The notes below the pieces were generated by a model. That model was not told where the DNA came from, did no database searches, and worked only from the letters and a program-made list of their open reading frames with translations. 64,000 bases of DNA from Centroscyllium fabricii (taxonomy: Eukaryota). The stretch is from assembly GCA_051313645.2 (NCBI GenBank), contig JBNRSN020000031.1, forward strand, positions 6,634,001 through 6,698,000, read 5' to 3'. The position numbers and the translations under genes are program-made. This document shows positions 1 through 12,200 of this stretch, one piece after another. Position 1 is the first letter of the stretch. Every line of letters begins with the position of its first letter.

Positions 1-479
1 ACAGTCGTGAGTAGTACTTCTGAGAAAAGGGCTTGGGGAACAAGGTGTAAGGGTGCTAAAGTGGATGCCTTGCCATTGTAAATGTCCAGTTGAAATGTGT
101 TCTGTAAGGGTGCTAAAGTGAGTGCCTTGCCATTGTAAAGTGCTGATTGAAGTGTGTTCTTGGGAGTGTCTGTGAATTGAATGAATGCTGATTGATTTGT
201 TATATGACATTAACGCTGCTTTCTGTTTTTGTATCTAGTTGCTAGTTGCTTAACACTGTTTGTATTTAAACTCTATCTCCCATCCCTGTTATTAAAGTTT
301 GTAAATAGAAATCTTGTCTCAGATTCATCTCTCTTAAGGTAAAAGGGTTACATTTGGGTGGAGGTCACAGAGTTCTACACGTGGGGTACGTTAAGAACCT
401 ACGGGGTAATTGGTATTAACCTACCCCCCCCCATACTCAGAGAAAGAGAAGGGGGGGGCCAATCAGAAATAGGGCCACA
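1..479 (+). repeat. Upstream LTR, 3' portion (truncated by the window edge)
   Basis: 1-430 reads identical to 1625-2054; ends ...GGGCCACA, then TT and the PBS. Confidence 0.88.
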
Positions 480-481
480 TT

Positions 482-499
482 TGGGGGCTCGTCCGGGAT
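482..499 (+). promoter_or_regulatory. Primer-binding site complementary to the tRNA-Pro 3' end
   Basis: TGGGGGCTCGTCCGGGAT is the 18-nt tRNA-Pro PBS known from murine leukemia virus; it lies 2 nt (TT) after the LTR-terminal CA. Confidence 0.95.
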
Positions 500-613
500 A
501 CTGTGACTTCCAGTTTCATACACTAGTGGAGTGAACCCATTGTTGCCGAGAGAGAGATGGACGTGAGCACGGTTACTTTGTGGTGTAGTCATGAGGACAT
601 GACTAAGTTTGGT

Positions 614-623
614 AAGGGGGGAG
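614..623 (+). promoter_or_regulatory. Polypurine tract (plus-strand primer)
   Basis: AAGGGGGGAG directly abuts the TG start of the downstream LTR at 624. Confidence 0.85.
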
Positions 624-882
624 TGTAACCTGGGTCTGAAACCCAGAGTCAGGGAGAATCTCCCTAAAGGGTTAAAAGTCTAGGGATCCAGTGGTCTGAG
701 GTCAGGTGACCTCTTCGGTGCCAGTTTGTCTGGAAGTTCAGATCACATGGGGTGGTTGTCCAGGTGTGAGATTGAACACTGTTTCAGACAGGCTGGGCTG
801 CCATGGAAACCAGCACTCGGCTCCGGCCAGTCTGTGTGATTGCTTTGTGATAGGCTGGCTAAAAGTGGGGTGAGTTACTGGA

Positions 883-906
883 GGGTGGAGCCAGGACAGG
901 ATAAAA
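883..906 (+). promoter_or_regulatory. Putative LTR core promoter (GT/GC box plus TATA-like GATAAAA)
   Basis: GGGTGGAG at 883-890 and GATAAAA at 900-906, about 280 bp into the LTR. Motif-level evidence only. Confidence 0.35.
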
Positions 907-930
907 TGCTGGACACGCCTAGAGATTATT

Positions 931-1063
931 AAGATTGAGCTGGAGAGAAGATTGAGCTGGAGTTAAGATAGAGCGCAGGAGGAAGAGAGAAGATTGAGCT
1001 GGAGAGAAGATTGAGCTGGAGTTAAGATAGAGCGCAGGAGGAAGAGAGAAGATTGAGCAGGAG
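931..1063 (+). repeat. Purine-rich 59-bp tandem repeat (x2 plus partial) inside the LTR, built of AAGATTGAGCTGGAG subunits
   Basis: 931-989 is repeated at 990-1048, with a partial third copy after it. Confidence 0.85.
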
Positions 1064-1386
1064 GTTAGATTGAGAAGATCCGGGAAGAGAGAAGATAAAG
1101 AAGGACATCACGAAAAGAAGCCACGAGGACCGCGCTCGGAAGGAGGGAAAACCAGCAGCACGAGGCACGAAGCCCTGAGACTCTTGGAAGACGCTAAAGA
1201 CATTAGCTGACCAGGGGAAGTCAAGAAGGAAGTCCCTGTGCACCGGCTGGGAAGAAGGAAGACCATTCGGGCGGATCAGAACCGGTACGTAGTCCGGGAG
1301 GAGCCCAGAAGATTGAGTGAGGGAAGACTCACCATTCTGGCAGATCAGAGCGGTACCTAGTCCGTGGAGCCAGCAATGCGTCGACG

Positions 1387-1531
1387 AGGTCGCAGGAAGC
1401 AGAGGGTGGAGAGCGGTGTTCGACACCCACTGCTGGAAGTTGCTGGAAGCTTTCGTGTAGGTCGCAGGAAGCAGAGGGTGGAGAGCTGTGTTCGACGCCC
1501 ACTGCTGGAAGATTCTGGAAGCCTTTCGTGT
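1387..1531 (+). repeat. 72-bp direct repeat x2 inside the LTR
   Basis: AGGTCGCAGGAAGCAGAGGGTGGAGAGC... starts at 1387 and at 1459 with few mismatches. Confidence 0.9.
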
Positions 1532-1669
1532 GAAAGGACTGAGAGCCAGATCCAAGAGCCGTCGTTGTCTCCCTTGAGATGAGGAGACTGTAGTGTACGG
1601 TCCTCATTGTCAAGCCCTATTCGGACAGTCGTGAGTAGTACTTCTGAGAAAAGGGCTTGGGGAACAAGG

Positions 1670-1783
1670 TGTAAGGGTGCTAAAGTGGATGCCTTGCCAT
1701 TGTAAATGTCCAGTTGAAATGTGTTCTGTAAGGGTGCTAAAGTGAGTGCCTTGCCATTGTAAAGTGCTGATTGAAGTGTGTTC
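1670..1783 (+). repeat. 57-bp direct repeat x2 inside the LTR (same repeat at 46-159 in the upstream LTR)
   Basis: TGTAAGGGTGCTAAAGTG...TGCCTTGCCATTGTAAA...TTGAA.TGTGTTC at 1670 and 1727 (46 and 103). Confidence 0.85.
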
Positions 1784-1914
1784 TTGGGAGTGTCTGTGAA
1801 TTGAATGAATGCTGATTGATTTGTTATATGACATTAACGCTGCTTTCTGTTTTTGTATCTAGTTGCTAGTTGCTTAACACTGTTTGTATTTAAACTCTAT
1901 CTCCCATCCCTGTT

Positions 1915-1920
1915 ATTAAA
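1915..1920 (+). terminator. Putative LTR polyadenylation signal ATTAAA (also 291-296)
   Basis: ATTAAA variant about 180 bp before the LTR end, in a T-rich context where the R/U5 boundary is expected. Confidence 0.5.
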
Positions 1921-4900
1921 GTTTGTAAATAGAAATCTTGTCTCAGATTCATCTCTCTTAAGGTAAAAGGGTTACATTTGGGTGGAGGTCACAGAGTTCT
2001 ACACGTGGGGTACGTTAAGAACCTACGGGGTAATTGGTATTAACCTACCCCCCCATTCTCAGTAAAGGAGAGGGGGGGGGCCAATCGTAAAAAGGGTTAC
2101 ACACGTAATCACATGCTGAGTTATCATTGGCCCACTGGCATCTGTAAGGACTAATATTGTATTCACTTAACCACATGCTGAGTTATCATTGGCCGCAGGC
2201 GTCTGTAAGGACTACCTATTATATTCACGTAATCACATGCTGAGTTATCATTGGCCCACAGGCATCTGTATGGACCACCTATTATATTCACGTAATCACA
2301 TGCTGAGTTATCATTGGCCCACAGGCATCTGTAAGGACTACCTGTTATATTCAAGTAATCACTTGTTGAGTTATCATTGGCCCACAGGCATCTGGAAGGA
2401 CTTCCTATTATATTCACGTAATCACATGCTGAATTATCATTGGACCAAAGGCATCTGTAAGGGATACCTATTATATTCACGTAATCACATGCTGAGTTAT
2501 CGTTGGCCCACTGTCATCTGTAAGGACTACTATTGTATTCACTTAACCACATGCTGAGTTATCATTGGCCGCAGGCATCTGTAAGGACTACCCATTATAT
2601 TCACGTAATCACATGCTGAGTTATCATTGGCCCACAGGCATCTGTAAGGACTACCTATTATATTCACGTAATCACATGCTGAGTTATCATTGGCCCACAG
2701 GCATCTGTAAGGACTACCTATTATATTCACGTAATCACATGCTGAATAATCATTGGCCCACAGTCATCTGTAAGGACTGCCTATTATATTCAAGTAATCA
2801 CATGCTGAGTTATCATTGGCCCACAGGCATCTGTAAGGACTACCTATTATATTCACGTAATCACATGCTGAGATATCATTGGCCCACAGGCATCTGTAAG
2901 GGCTACCTATTATATTCACGTAATCACATGCTAAGTTATCATTGGCCCACAGGCATCTGTAAGGACTACCTATTATATTCACGTAATCACATGCTGAATT
3001 ATCATTGGCCCACAGGCATCTGTAAGGACTACCTATTATATTCACGTAATCACATGCTGAGTTATCATTGGCCCACAGGCATCTGTAAGGACTACCTATT
3101 ATATTCACGTAATCATATGCTCAGTTATCATTGGCCCACAGGCATCTGGAAGGACTACCTATTATATTCAGGTAATCTCATGCTGAATTATCATTGGACC
3201 AAAGGCAACTGTAAGGACTACTATTGTATTCACGTAATCTCATGCTGTGTTATCATTGGCCCACAGGTATCTCTAAGGACTACCTATTATATTTACATAA
3301 TCACATGCTGAGTTAACATTGGCCTACAGGCATCTGGAAGGTCTACCTATTATATTCACGTAATCACATGCTGAGTTATCATTGGCCCACAGACATCTGG
3401 ATGGACTACCTATTATATTCACGTAATCACATGCTGAATTAACATTGGACCAAAGGCATCTGTAAGGACTACCTATTATATTCACGTAATCACATGTTGA
3501 GTTATCATTGGCCCACAGGAATCTGTAAGGAGTACCTATTATATTCACGTAATCACAAGCTGAATTATCATTGCCCACAGGCATCTGTAAGGACAACCTA
3601 TTATATTCACGTAATCACATGCTGAGTTATCATTGGCCCACTGGCATCTGTAAGGACTAATATTGTATTCACTTAACCACATGCTGAGTTATCATTGGCC
3701 GCAGGCGTCTGTAAGGACTACCTATTATATTCACGTAATCACATGCTGAGTTATCATTGGCCCACAGGCATCTGTATGGACCACCTATTATATTCACGTA
3801 ATCACATGCTGAGTTATCATTGGCCCACAGGCATCTGTAAGGACTACCTGTTATATTCAAGTAATCACTTGTTGAGTTATCATTGGCCCACAGGCATCTG
3901 GAAGGACTTCCTATTATATTCACGTAATCACATGCTGAATTATCATTGGACCAAAGGCATCTGTAAGGAATACCTATTATATTCACGTAATCACATGCTG
4001 AGTTATCATTGGCCCACTGTCATCTGTAAGGACTACTATTGTATTCACTTAACCACATGCTGAGTTATCATTGGCCGCAGGCATCTGTAAGGACTACCCA
4101 TTATATTCACGTAATCACATGCTGAGTTATCACTGGCCCACAGTCATCTGTAAGGACTACTATTGTATTCACGTAATCAAATGCTGAGTTATCATTGGCC
4201 CACAGGCATCTGTAAGGACGTCCTATTATATTCACGTAATCACATGCTGAGTTATCATTGGCTCACAGGCATCTGTAAGGACTACCTGTTATATTCATGT
4301 AATCACATGCTGAGTTATCATTGGCCCACAGGCATTTGTAAGGACTACGTATTATATTCACGTATTCACATGTTGAGTTATTATTGTCCCACAGTCATTT
4401 GTAAGGACTACTTATTATATTCACGTAATCACATGCTGAGTTATCATTGGCCCACATGCATTTGTAAGGACTACCTATTATATTCACGTAATCACATGCT
4501 GAGATATCATTGGCCCACAGGCATCTGTAAGGACTATCTATTATATTCACGTAATCACATGCTAAGTTATCATTGGCCCACAGGCGTCTGTAAGGACTGC
4601 ATTTTATATTCACGTAATCACATGCTGTATTATCATTGGCCCACAGGCATGTGTAATGACTACCAATTATATTTACGTAATCACATGCTGAGATATCATT
4701 GGCCCGCAGGCATCTCTAAGGACTACCTATTATATTCCCGTAATATATGCAGAGTTATCATTGGCCCACAGGCACCTGTAAGGAATAACTATTATATTCA
4801 CCTAATCAAATGCTGAGTTATCATTGGCCCACAGGTATCTGTAAGGACAACCTATTATATTCAGGTAATCACATGCTGAATAATCATTGGCCTACAGGCA

Positions 4901-6269
4901 TCTGTAAGGACTACCTAATATATTCACGTAATGACATGCTGAGTTATCAATGGCCCACAGGCATCTGTAAGGACTACCTGTTATATTCACGTAATCACAT
5001 GCTGAGTTATCATTGGCCCACAGGCATTTGTAAGGACTGCCTATTATATTCACGTAATCACATGCTGGGATATCTTTGGCCAACAGGCATCTGTAAGGAC
5101 AACCTATTATATTCACGTAATCACATGCAAAATTATCATTGGACCACAGGCATCAGTAAGGACTACCTATTATATTCACGTAATTACATGCTGAGTTATC
5201 ATTGGCCCACAGGCAACTGTAAGGACGACATATTATATTCACGTAATCACATGCTGAGATATCATTGGCCCACAGGCATCTGTAAGGACTACCTATTATA
5301 TTCACGTAATCACATGCTAAGTTATCATTGGCCCACAGGCATCTGTAAGGACTACCTATTATATTCACATAATCACATGCTGAGTTATCATTGGCCCGCA
5401 GGCATCTGTAAGGACTACCTATTATATTCACATAGTCACATGCTGAGTAATCATTGGCCCACAGGAATCTGTAAGGACTACTATTATATTCACGTAATCA
5501 TATGCTGAGTTATCATTGGCCCACAGGCATCTGTAAGGACTACATAATATATTCACGTAATCACATGCTGAGTTATCATTGGCCCGCAGGCATCTGTAAG
5601 GACTACCTATTATAATCACGTAATCACATGCTGAGTTATCATTGGCCCACAGGCATCTGTAAGGACTACCTATTATATTCACGTAATCACATGCTGAATT
5701 ATCATTGGACCACAGGCATTTGTAAGGACTACCTATTATATTCACGTAATCACATGCTGAGTTATTATTGGCCCACAGGCATCTGTAAGGACTACTTATT
5801 ATTTTCACATAATCACATGATGAGTTATCATATGCCCACAGGCATCTGTAAGGGCTTCCTATTATATTCCCGTAATAATATGCTGAGTTATCATTGCCCA
5901 CAGGCATTTGTAAGGACTACCTATTATATTCACGTAATCAAATGCTGAGTTATCATTGGCCCACAGGCATCTGTAAGGACTACCTATTATATTCAGGTTA
6001 TCACATGCTGAATTATGATTGGCCCACAGGCATCTGTAAGGACTACCTATTATATTCACGTAATCACATGCTGAGTTATCATTGGCCCACAGGCATCTGT
6101 AAGGACTACCTGTTATATTCACGTAATCACATGCTGAGTACCATTCGCCAACAGGCATTTGTAAGGACTACCTATTATATTCACGTATTCACATGCTGAG
6201 TTATCATTGGCCCACAGGCATCTGTAAGGACTACCTATTATATTCACGTAATCACATGCTGAGTTATCA

Positions 6270-9200
6270 TTGGCCAACAGGCATCTGTAAGGACTACCTA
6301 TTATATTCACGTAATCATATGCTGAGTTATCATCGGCCAACAGACATCTGTAAGGACAACCGATTGTATTCAAGTAATCACATGCTGAGTTATCATTGGC
6401 CCACAGGCATCTGTAAGGACAACCTATTATATTCACATAATCACATGCTGAGTTATCATTGGCCCACAGGCATCTGTATGGACTACCTATTTTATTCACG
6501 TAATCATACGCTGAGTTATCATTGGCTCACAGGTATCTGTAAGGACTACCTATTGTATTCAAGTAATCACATGCTGAGTTATCATTGGCCCACAGGCATC
6601 TGAAAGGACTACCTATTATATTCACGTAATCACATGCTGAATTATCATTGGACCAAAGGCATCTGTAAGGACAGCCTATTATATTCAGGTAATCACATGT
6701 TGAGTTATCATTGGCCCACAGGCATCTGTAAGGACTACTTATTATATTCACGTAATCACATGCTGAGTTATCATTGGCCCACAGGCATCTGGAAGGACTA
6801 CCTATTATATTCACGTAATCACATGCTGAATTATCATTGGACCAAAGGCATCTGTAAGGACTACTATTGTATTCACGTAATCACATGCTGAGATATCATT
6901 GGCACACAGGCATCTGTAAGGACTACCTATTATATTTACGTAATCACATGCTGAGTTTTCATTGGCCCACAGGCTTCTGGAAGGACTACCTATTATATTC
7001 ACGTAATCACATGCTGAATTATCATTGGACCAAAGGCATCTGTAAGGAATACCTATTATATTCAAGTAATCACTTGTTGAGTTATCATTGGCCCACAGGC
7101 ATCTGGAAGGACATCCTATTATATTCACGTAATCACATGCTGAAATATCATTGGACCAAAGGCATCTGTAAGGACTACCTATTATATCCACGTAATCGCA
7201 TGCTGAGTTATCATTGGCCTACTGGCATCTGTAAGGACTACTATTGTATTCACTTAACCACATGCTGAGTTATCATTGGCCGCAGGCATCTGTAAGGACT
7301 ACCCATTATATTCACGTAAACACATGCTGAGATATCATTGGCCCACAGTCATCTGTAAGGACTACTATTGTATTCACGTAATCAAATGCTGAGTTATCAT
7401 TGGCCCACAGGCATCTGTAAGGACGTCCTATAATATTCACGTAATCACATGCTGAGTTATCATTGGCTCACAGGCATCTGTAAGGACTACCTGTTATATT
7501 CATGTAATCACATGCTGAGTTATCATTGGCCCACAGGCATTTGTAAGGACTACGTATTATATTCACGTATTCACATGCTGAGTTATTATTGGCCCACAGT
7601 CATTTGTAAGGACTACCTATTATATTCACGTAATCACATGCTGAGTTATCATTGGCCCACATGCATCTGTAAGGACTACCTATTATATTCACGTAATCAC
7701 ATGCTGAGATATCATTGGCCCACAGGCATCTGTAAGGACTATCTATTATATTCACGTAATCACATGCTAAGTTATCATTGGCCCACAGGCATCTGTAAGG
7801 ACTACCTTTTATATTCACGTAATCACATGCTGTATTATCATTGGCCCACAGGCATCTGTAATGACTACCAATTATATTTACGTAATCACATGCTGAGATA
7901 TCATTGGCCCGCAGGCATCTGTAAGGACTACCTATTATATTCCCGTAATATATGCAGAGTTATCATTGGCCCACAGGCATCTGTAAGGAATAACTATTAT
8001 ATTCACCTAATCAAATGCTGAGTTATCATTGGCCCACAGGTATCTGTAAGGACAACCCATTATATACAGTTAATCACATGCTGAATTATCATTGGCCCAC
8101 ATGCATCTGTAAGGACTACCTATTATATTCACGTAATGACATGCTGTGTTATCAATGGCCCACAAGCATCTGTAAGGACTACCTGTTATATTCACGTAAT
8201 CACATGCTGAGTTATCATTGGCCCACAGGCATTTGTAAGGACTACCTATTATATTCACGTAATCACATGCTGAGATATCATTGGCCAACAGGCATCTGTA
8301 AGGACTACATATTATATTCACGTAATCACATGCTGAATTATCATTGGCCCACAGGCATCAGTAAGGACTACCTATTATATTCACGTAATTACATGCAGAG
8401 TTATCATTGGCCCACAGGCATCTGTAAGGACGACATATTGTATTCACGTAATCACATGCTGAGATATCATTGGCCCACAGGCATCTGTAAGGACTACCTA
8501 TTATATTCACGTAATCACATGCTAAGTTATCGTTGGCCCACAGGCATCTGTAAGGACTACCTATTATATTTACGTAATCACATGCTGAGTTATCATTGGC
8601 CCACAGGCTTCTGGAAGGACTACCTATTATATTGACGTAATCACATGCTGAATTATCATTGGACCAAAGGCATCTGTAAGGAATACCTATTATATTCAAG
8701 TAATCACTTGTTGAGTTATCATTGGCCCACAGGCATCTGGAAGGAATTCCTATTATATTCACGTAATCACATGCTGAATTATCATTGGACCAAAGGCATC
8801 TGTAAGGACTACCTATTATATTCACGTAATCACATGCTGAGTTATCATTGGCCCACTGGCATCTGTACGGACTACTATTGTATTCACTTAACCACAAGCT
8901 GAGTTATCATTGGCCGCAGGCATCTGTAAGGACTACCCATTATATTCACGTAATCACATGCTGAGTTATCATTGGCCCACAGTCATCTGTAAGGACTACT
9001 ATTGTATTCACGTAATCAAATGCTGAGTTATCATTGGCCCACAGGCATCTGTAAGGACGTCCTATTATATTGACGTAATCACATGCTGAGTTATCATTGG
9101 CTCACAGGCATCTGTAAGGATTACCTGTTATATTCATGTAATCACATGCTGAGTTATCATTGGCCCACAGGCATTTGTAAGGACTACGTATTATATTCAC

Positions 9201-12200
9201 ATATTCACATGCTGAGTTATTATTGGCCCACAGTCATTTGTAAGGACTACCTATTATATTCACGTAATCACATGTTGAGTTATCATTGGCCCACATGCAT
9301 CTGTAAGGACTACCTATTATATTCACGTAATCACATGCTGAGATATCATTGGACCAAAGGCATCTGTAAGGAATACCTATTATATTCAAGTAATCACTTG
9401 TTGAGTTATCATTGGCCCACAGGCATCTGGAAGGAATTCCTATTATATTCACGTAATCACATGCTGAATTATCATTGGACCAAAGGCATCTGTAAGGACT
9501 ACCTATTATATTCACGTAATCACATGCTGAGTTATCATTGGCCCACTGGCATCTGTACGGACTACTATTGTATTCACTTAACCACAAGCTGAGTTATCAT
9601 TGGCCGCAGGCATCTGTAAGGACTACCCATTATATTCACGTAATCACATGCTGAGTTATCATTGGCCCACAGTCATCTGTAAGGACTACTATTGTATTCA
9701 CGTAATCAAATGCTGAGTTATCATTGGCCCACAGGCATCTGTAAGGACGTCCTATTATATTGACGTAATCACATGCTGAGATATCATTGGCTCACAGGCA
9801 TCTGTAAGGATTACCTGTTATATTCATGTAATCACATGCTGAGTTATCATTGGCCCACAGGCATTTGTAAGGACTACGTATTATATTCACATATTCACAT
9901 GCTGAGTTATTATTGGCCCACAGTCATTTGTAAGGACTACCTATTATATTCACGTAATCACATGTTGAGTTATCATTGGCCCACATGCATCTGTAAGGAC
10001 TACCTATTATATTCACGTAATCACATGCTGAGATATCATTGGCCAACAGGCATCTGTAAGGACTACCTATTATATTCACGTAATCATATGCTGAGTTATC
10101 ATCGGCCAACAGACATCTGTAAGGACAACCGATTGTATTCAAGTAATCACATGCTGAGTTATCATTGGCCCACAGGCATCTGTAAGGACAACCTATTATA
10201 TTCACATAATCACATGCTGAGTTATCATTGGCCCACAGGCATCTGTATGGACTACCTATTTTATTCACGTAATCATACGCTGAGTTATCATTGGCTCACA
10301 GGTATCTGTAAGGACTACCTATTGTATTCAAGTAATCACATGCTGAGTTATCATTGGCCCACAGGCATCTGAAAGGACTACCTATTATATTCACGTAATC
10401 ACATGCTGAATTATCATTGGACCAAAGGCATCTGTAAGGACAGCCTATTATATTCAGGTAATCACATGTTGAGTTATCATTGGCCCACAGGCATCTGTAA
10501 AGACTACTTATTATATTCACGTAATCACATGCTGAGTTATCATTGGCCCACAGGCATCTGGAAGGACTACCTATTATATTCACGTAATCACATGCTGAAT
10601 TATCATTGGACCAAAGGCATCTGTAAGGACTACTATTGTATTCACGTAATCACATGCTGAGATATCATTGGCCCACAGGCATCTGTAAGGACTACCTATT
10701 ATATTTACGTAATCACATGCTGAGTTTTCATTGGCCCACAGGCTTCTGGAAGGACTTCCTATTATATTCACGTAATCACATGCTGAATTATCATTGGACC
10801 AAAGGCATCTGTAAGGAATACCTATTATATTCAAGTAATCACTTGTTGAGTTATCATTGGCCCACAGGCATCTGGAAGGACATCCTATTATATTCACGTA
10901 ATCACATGCTGAATTATCATTGGACCAAAGGCATCTGTAAGGACTACCTATTATATCCACGTAATCGCATGCTGAGTTATCATTGGCCTACTGGCATCTG
11001 TAAGGACTACTATTGTATTCACTTAACCACATGCTGAGTTATCATTGGCCGCAGGCATCTGTAAGGACTACCCATTATATTCACGTAAACACATGCTGAG
11101 TTATCATTGGCCCACAGTCATCTGTAAGGACTACTATTGTATTCACGTAATCAAATGCTGAGTTATCATTGGCCCACAGGCATCTGTAAGGACGTCCTAT
11201 AATATTCACGTAATCACATGCTGAGTTATCATTGGCTCACAGGCATCTGTAAGGACTACCTGTTATATTCATGTAATCACATGCTGAGTTATCATTGGCC
11301 CACAGGCATTTGTAAGGACTACGTATTATATTCACGTATTCACATGCTGAGTTATTATTGGCCCACAGTCATTTGTAAGGACTACCTATTATATTCACGT
11401 AATCACATGCTGAGTTATCATTGGCCCACATGCATCTGTAAGGACTACCTATTATATTCACGTAATCACATGCTGAGATATCATTGGCCCACAGGCATCT
11501 GTAAGGACTATCTATTATATTCACGTAATCACATGCTAAGTTATCATTGGCCCACAGGCATCTGTAAGGACTACCTTTTATATTCACGTAATCACATGCT
11601 GTATTATCATTGGCCCACAGGCATCTGTAATGACTACCAATTATATTTACGTAATCACATGCTGAGATATCATTGGCCCGCAGGCATCTGTAAGGACTAC
11701 CTATTATATTCCCGTAATATATGCAGAGTTATCATTGGCCCACAGGCATCTGTAAGGAATAACTATTATATTCACCTAATCAAATGCTGAGTTATCATTG
11801 GCCCACAGGTATCTGTAAGGACAACCCATTATATACAGTTAATCACATGCTGAATTATCATTGGCCCACATGCATCTGTAAGGACTACCTATTATATTCA
11901 CGTAATGACATGCTGTGTTATCAATGGCCCACAAGCATCTGTAAGGACTACCTGTTATATTCACGTAATCACATGCTGAGTTATCATTGGCCCACAGGCA
12001 TTTGTAAGGACTACCTATTATATTCACGTAATCACATGCTGAGATATCATTGGCCAACAGGCATCTGTAAGGACTACATATTATATTCACGTAATCACAT
12101 GCTGAATTATCATTGGCCCACAGGCATCAGTAAGGACTACCTATTATATTCAAGTAATTACATGCAGAGTTATCATTGGCCCACAGGCATCTGTAAGGAC

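Larger units (their letters stand above)
1..2101 (+). mobile_element. Non-autonomous ERV-like LTR element (partial upstream LTR - PBS - 144-bp internal region - PPT - complete LTR); extends left of the window
   Basis: 1-479 is a direct repeat of 1625-2101 (offset 1624). The upstream copy ends CA-TT followed by a tRNA-Pro PBS. A purine tract precedes TGTAACC at 624, and the element ends GGTTACA at 2101 against the satellite. No gag/pol/env coding sequence. Confidence 0.88.
624..2101 (+). repeat. Complete downstream LTR, 1478 bp
   Basis: TG...CA ends with a perfect 7-bp terminal inverted repeat (TGTAACC / GGTTACA); preceded by the PPT; its 3' part duplicates 1-479. Confidence 0.85.

Noticed and set aside
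101-110. TCTGTAAGG shared between the LTR 57-bp repeat and the satellite, suggesting the satellite derives from this LTR
   Set aside because: A 9-bp match with no extension is compatible with chance.
482-499. tRNA-Pro gene
   Set aside because: Only the 18-nt complement of the tRNA 3' end, including CCA, is present; this is a PBS, not a gene.
1022-1834. ORFs 1022-1555, 1329-1613, 1364-1582 and 1610-1834
   Set aside because: They lie inside the LTR, mirror its 72- and 57-bp repeats, and show no gag, pol or env motifs.
624-2101. Retrozyme (LTR carrying a hammerhead ribozyme)
   Set aside because: No CTGAnGA...GAAA core was found by eye on either strand of the LTR or in the satellite monomer.
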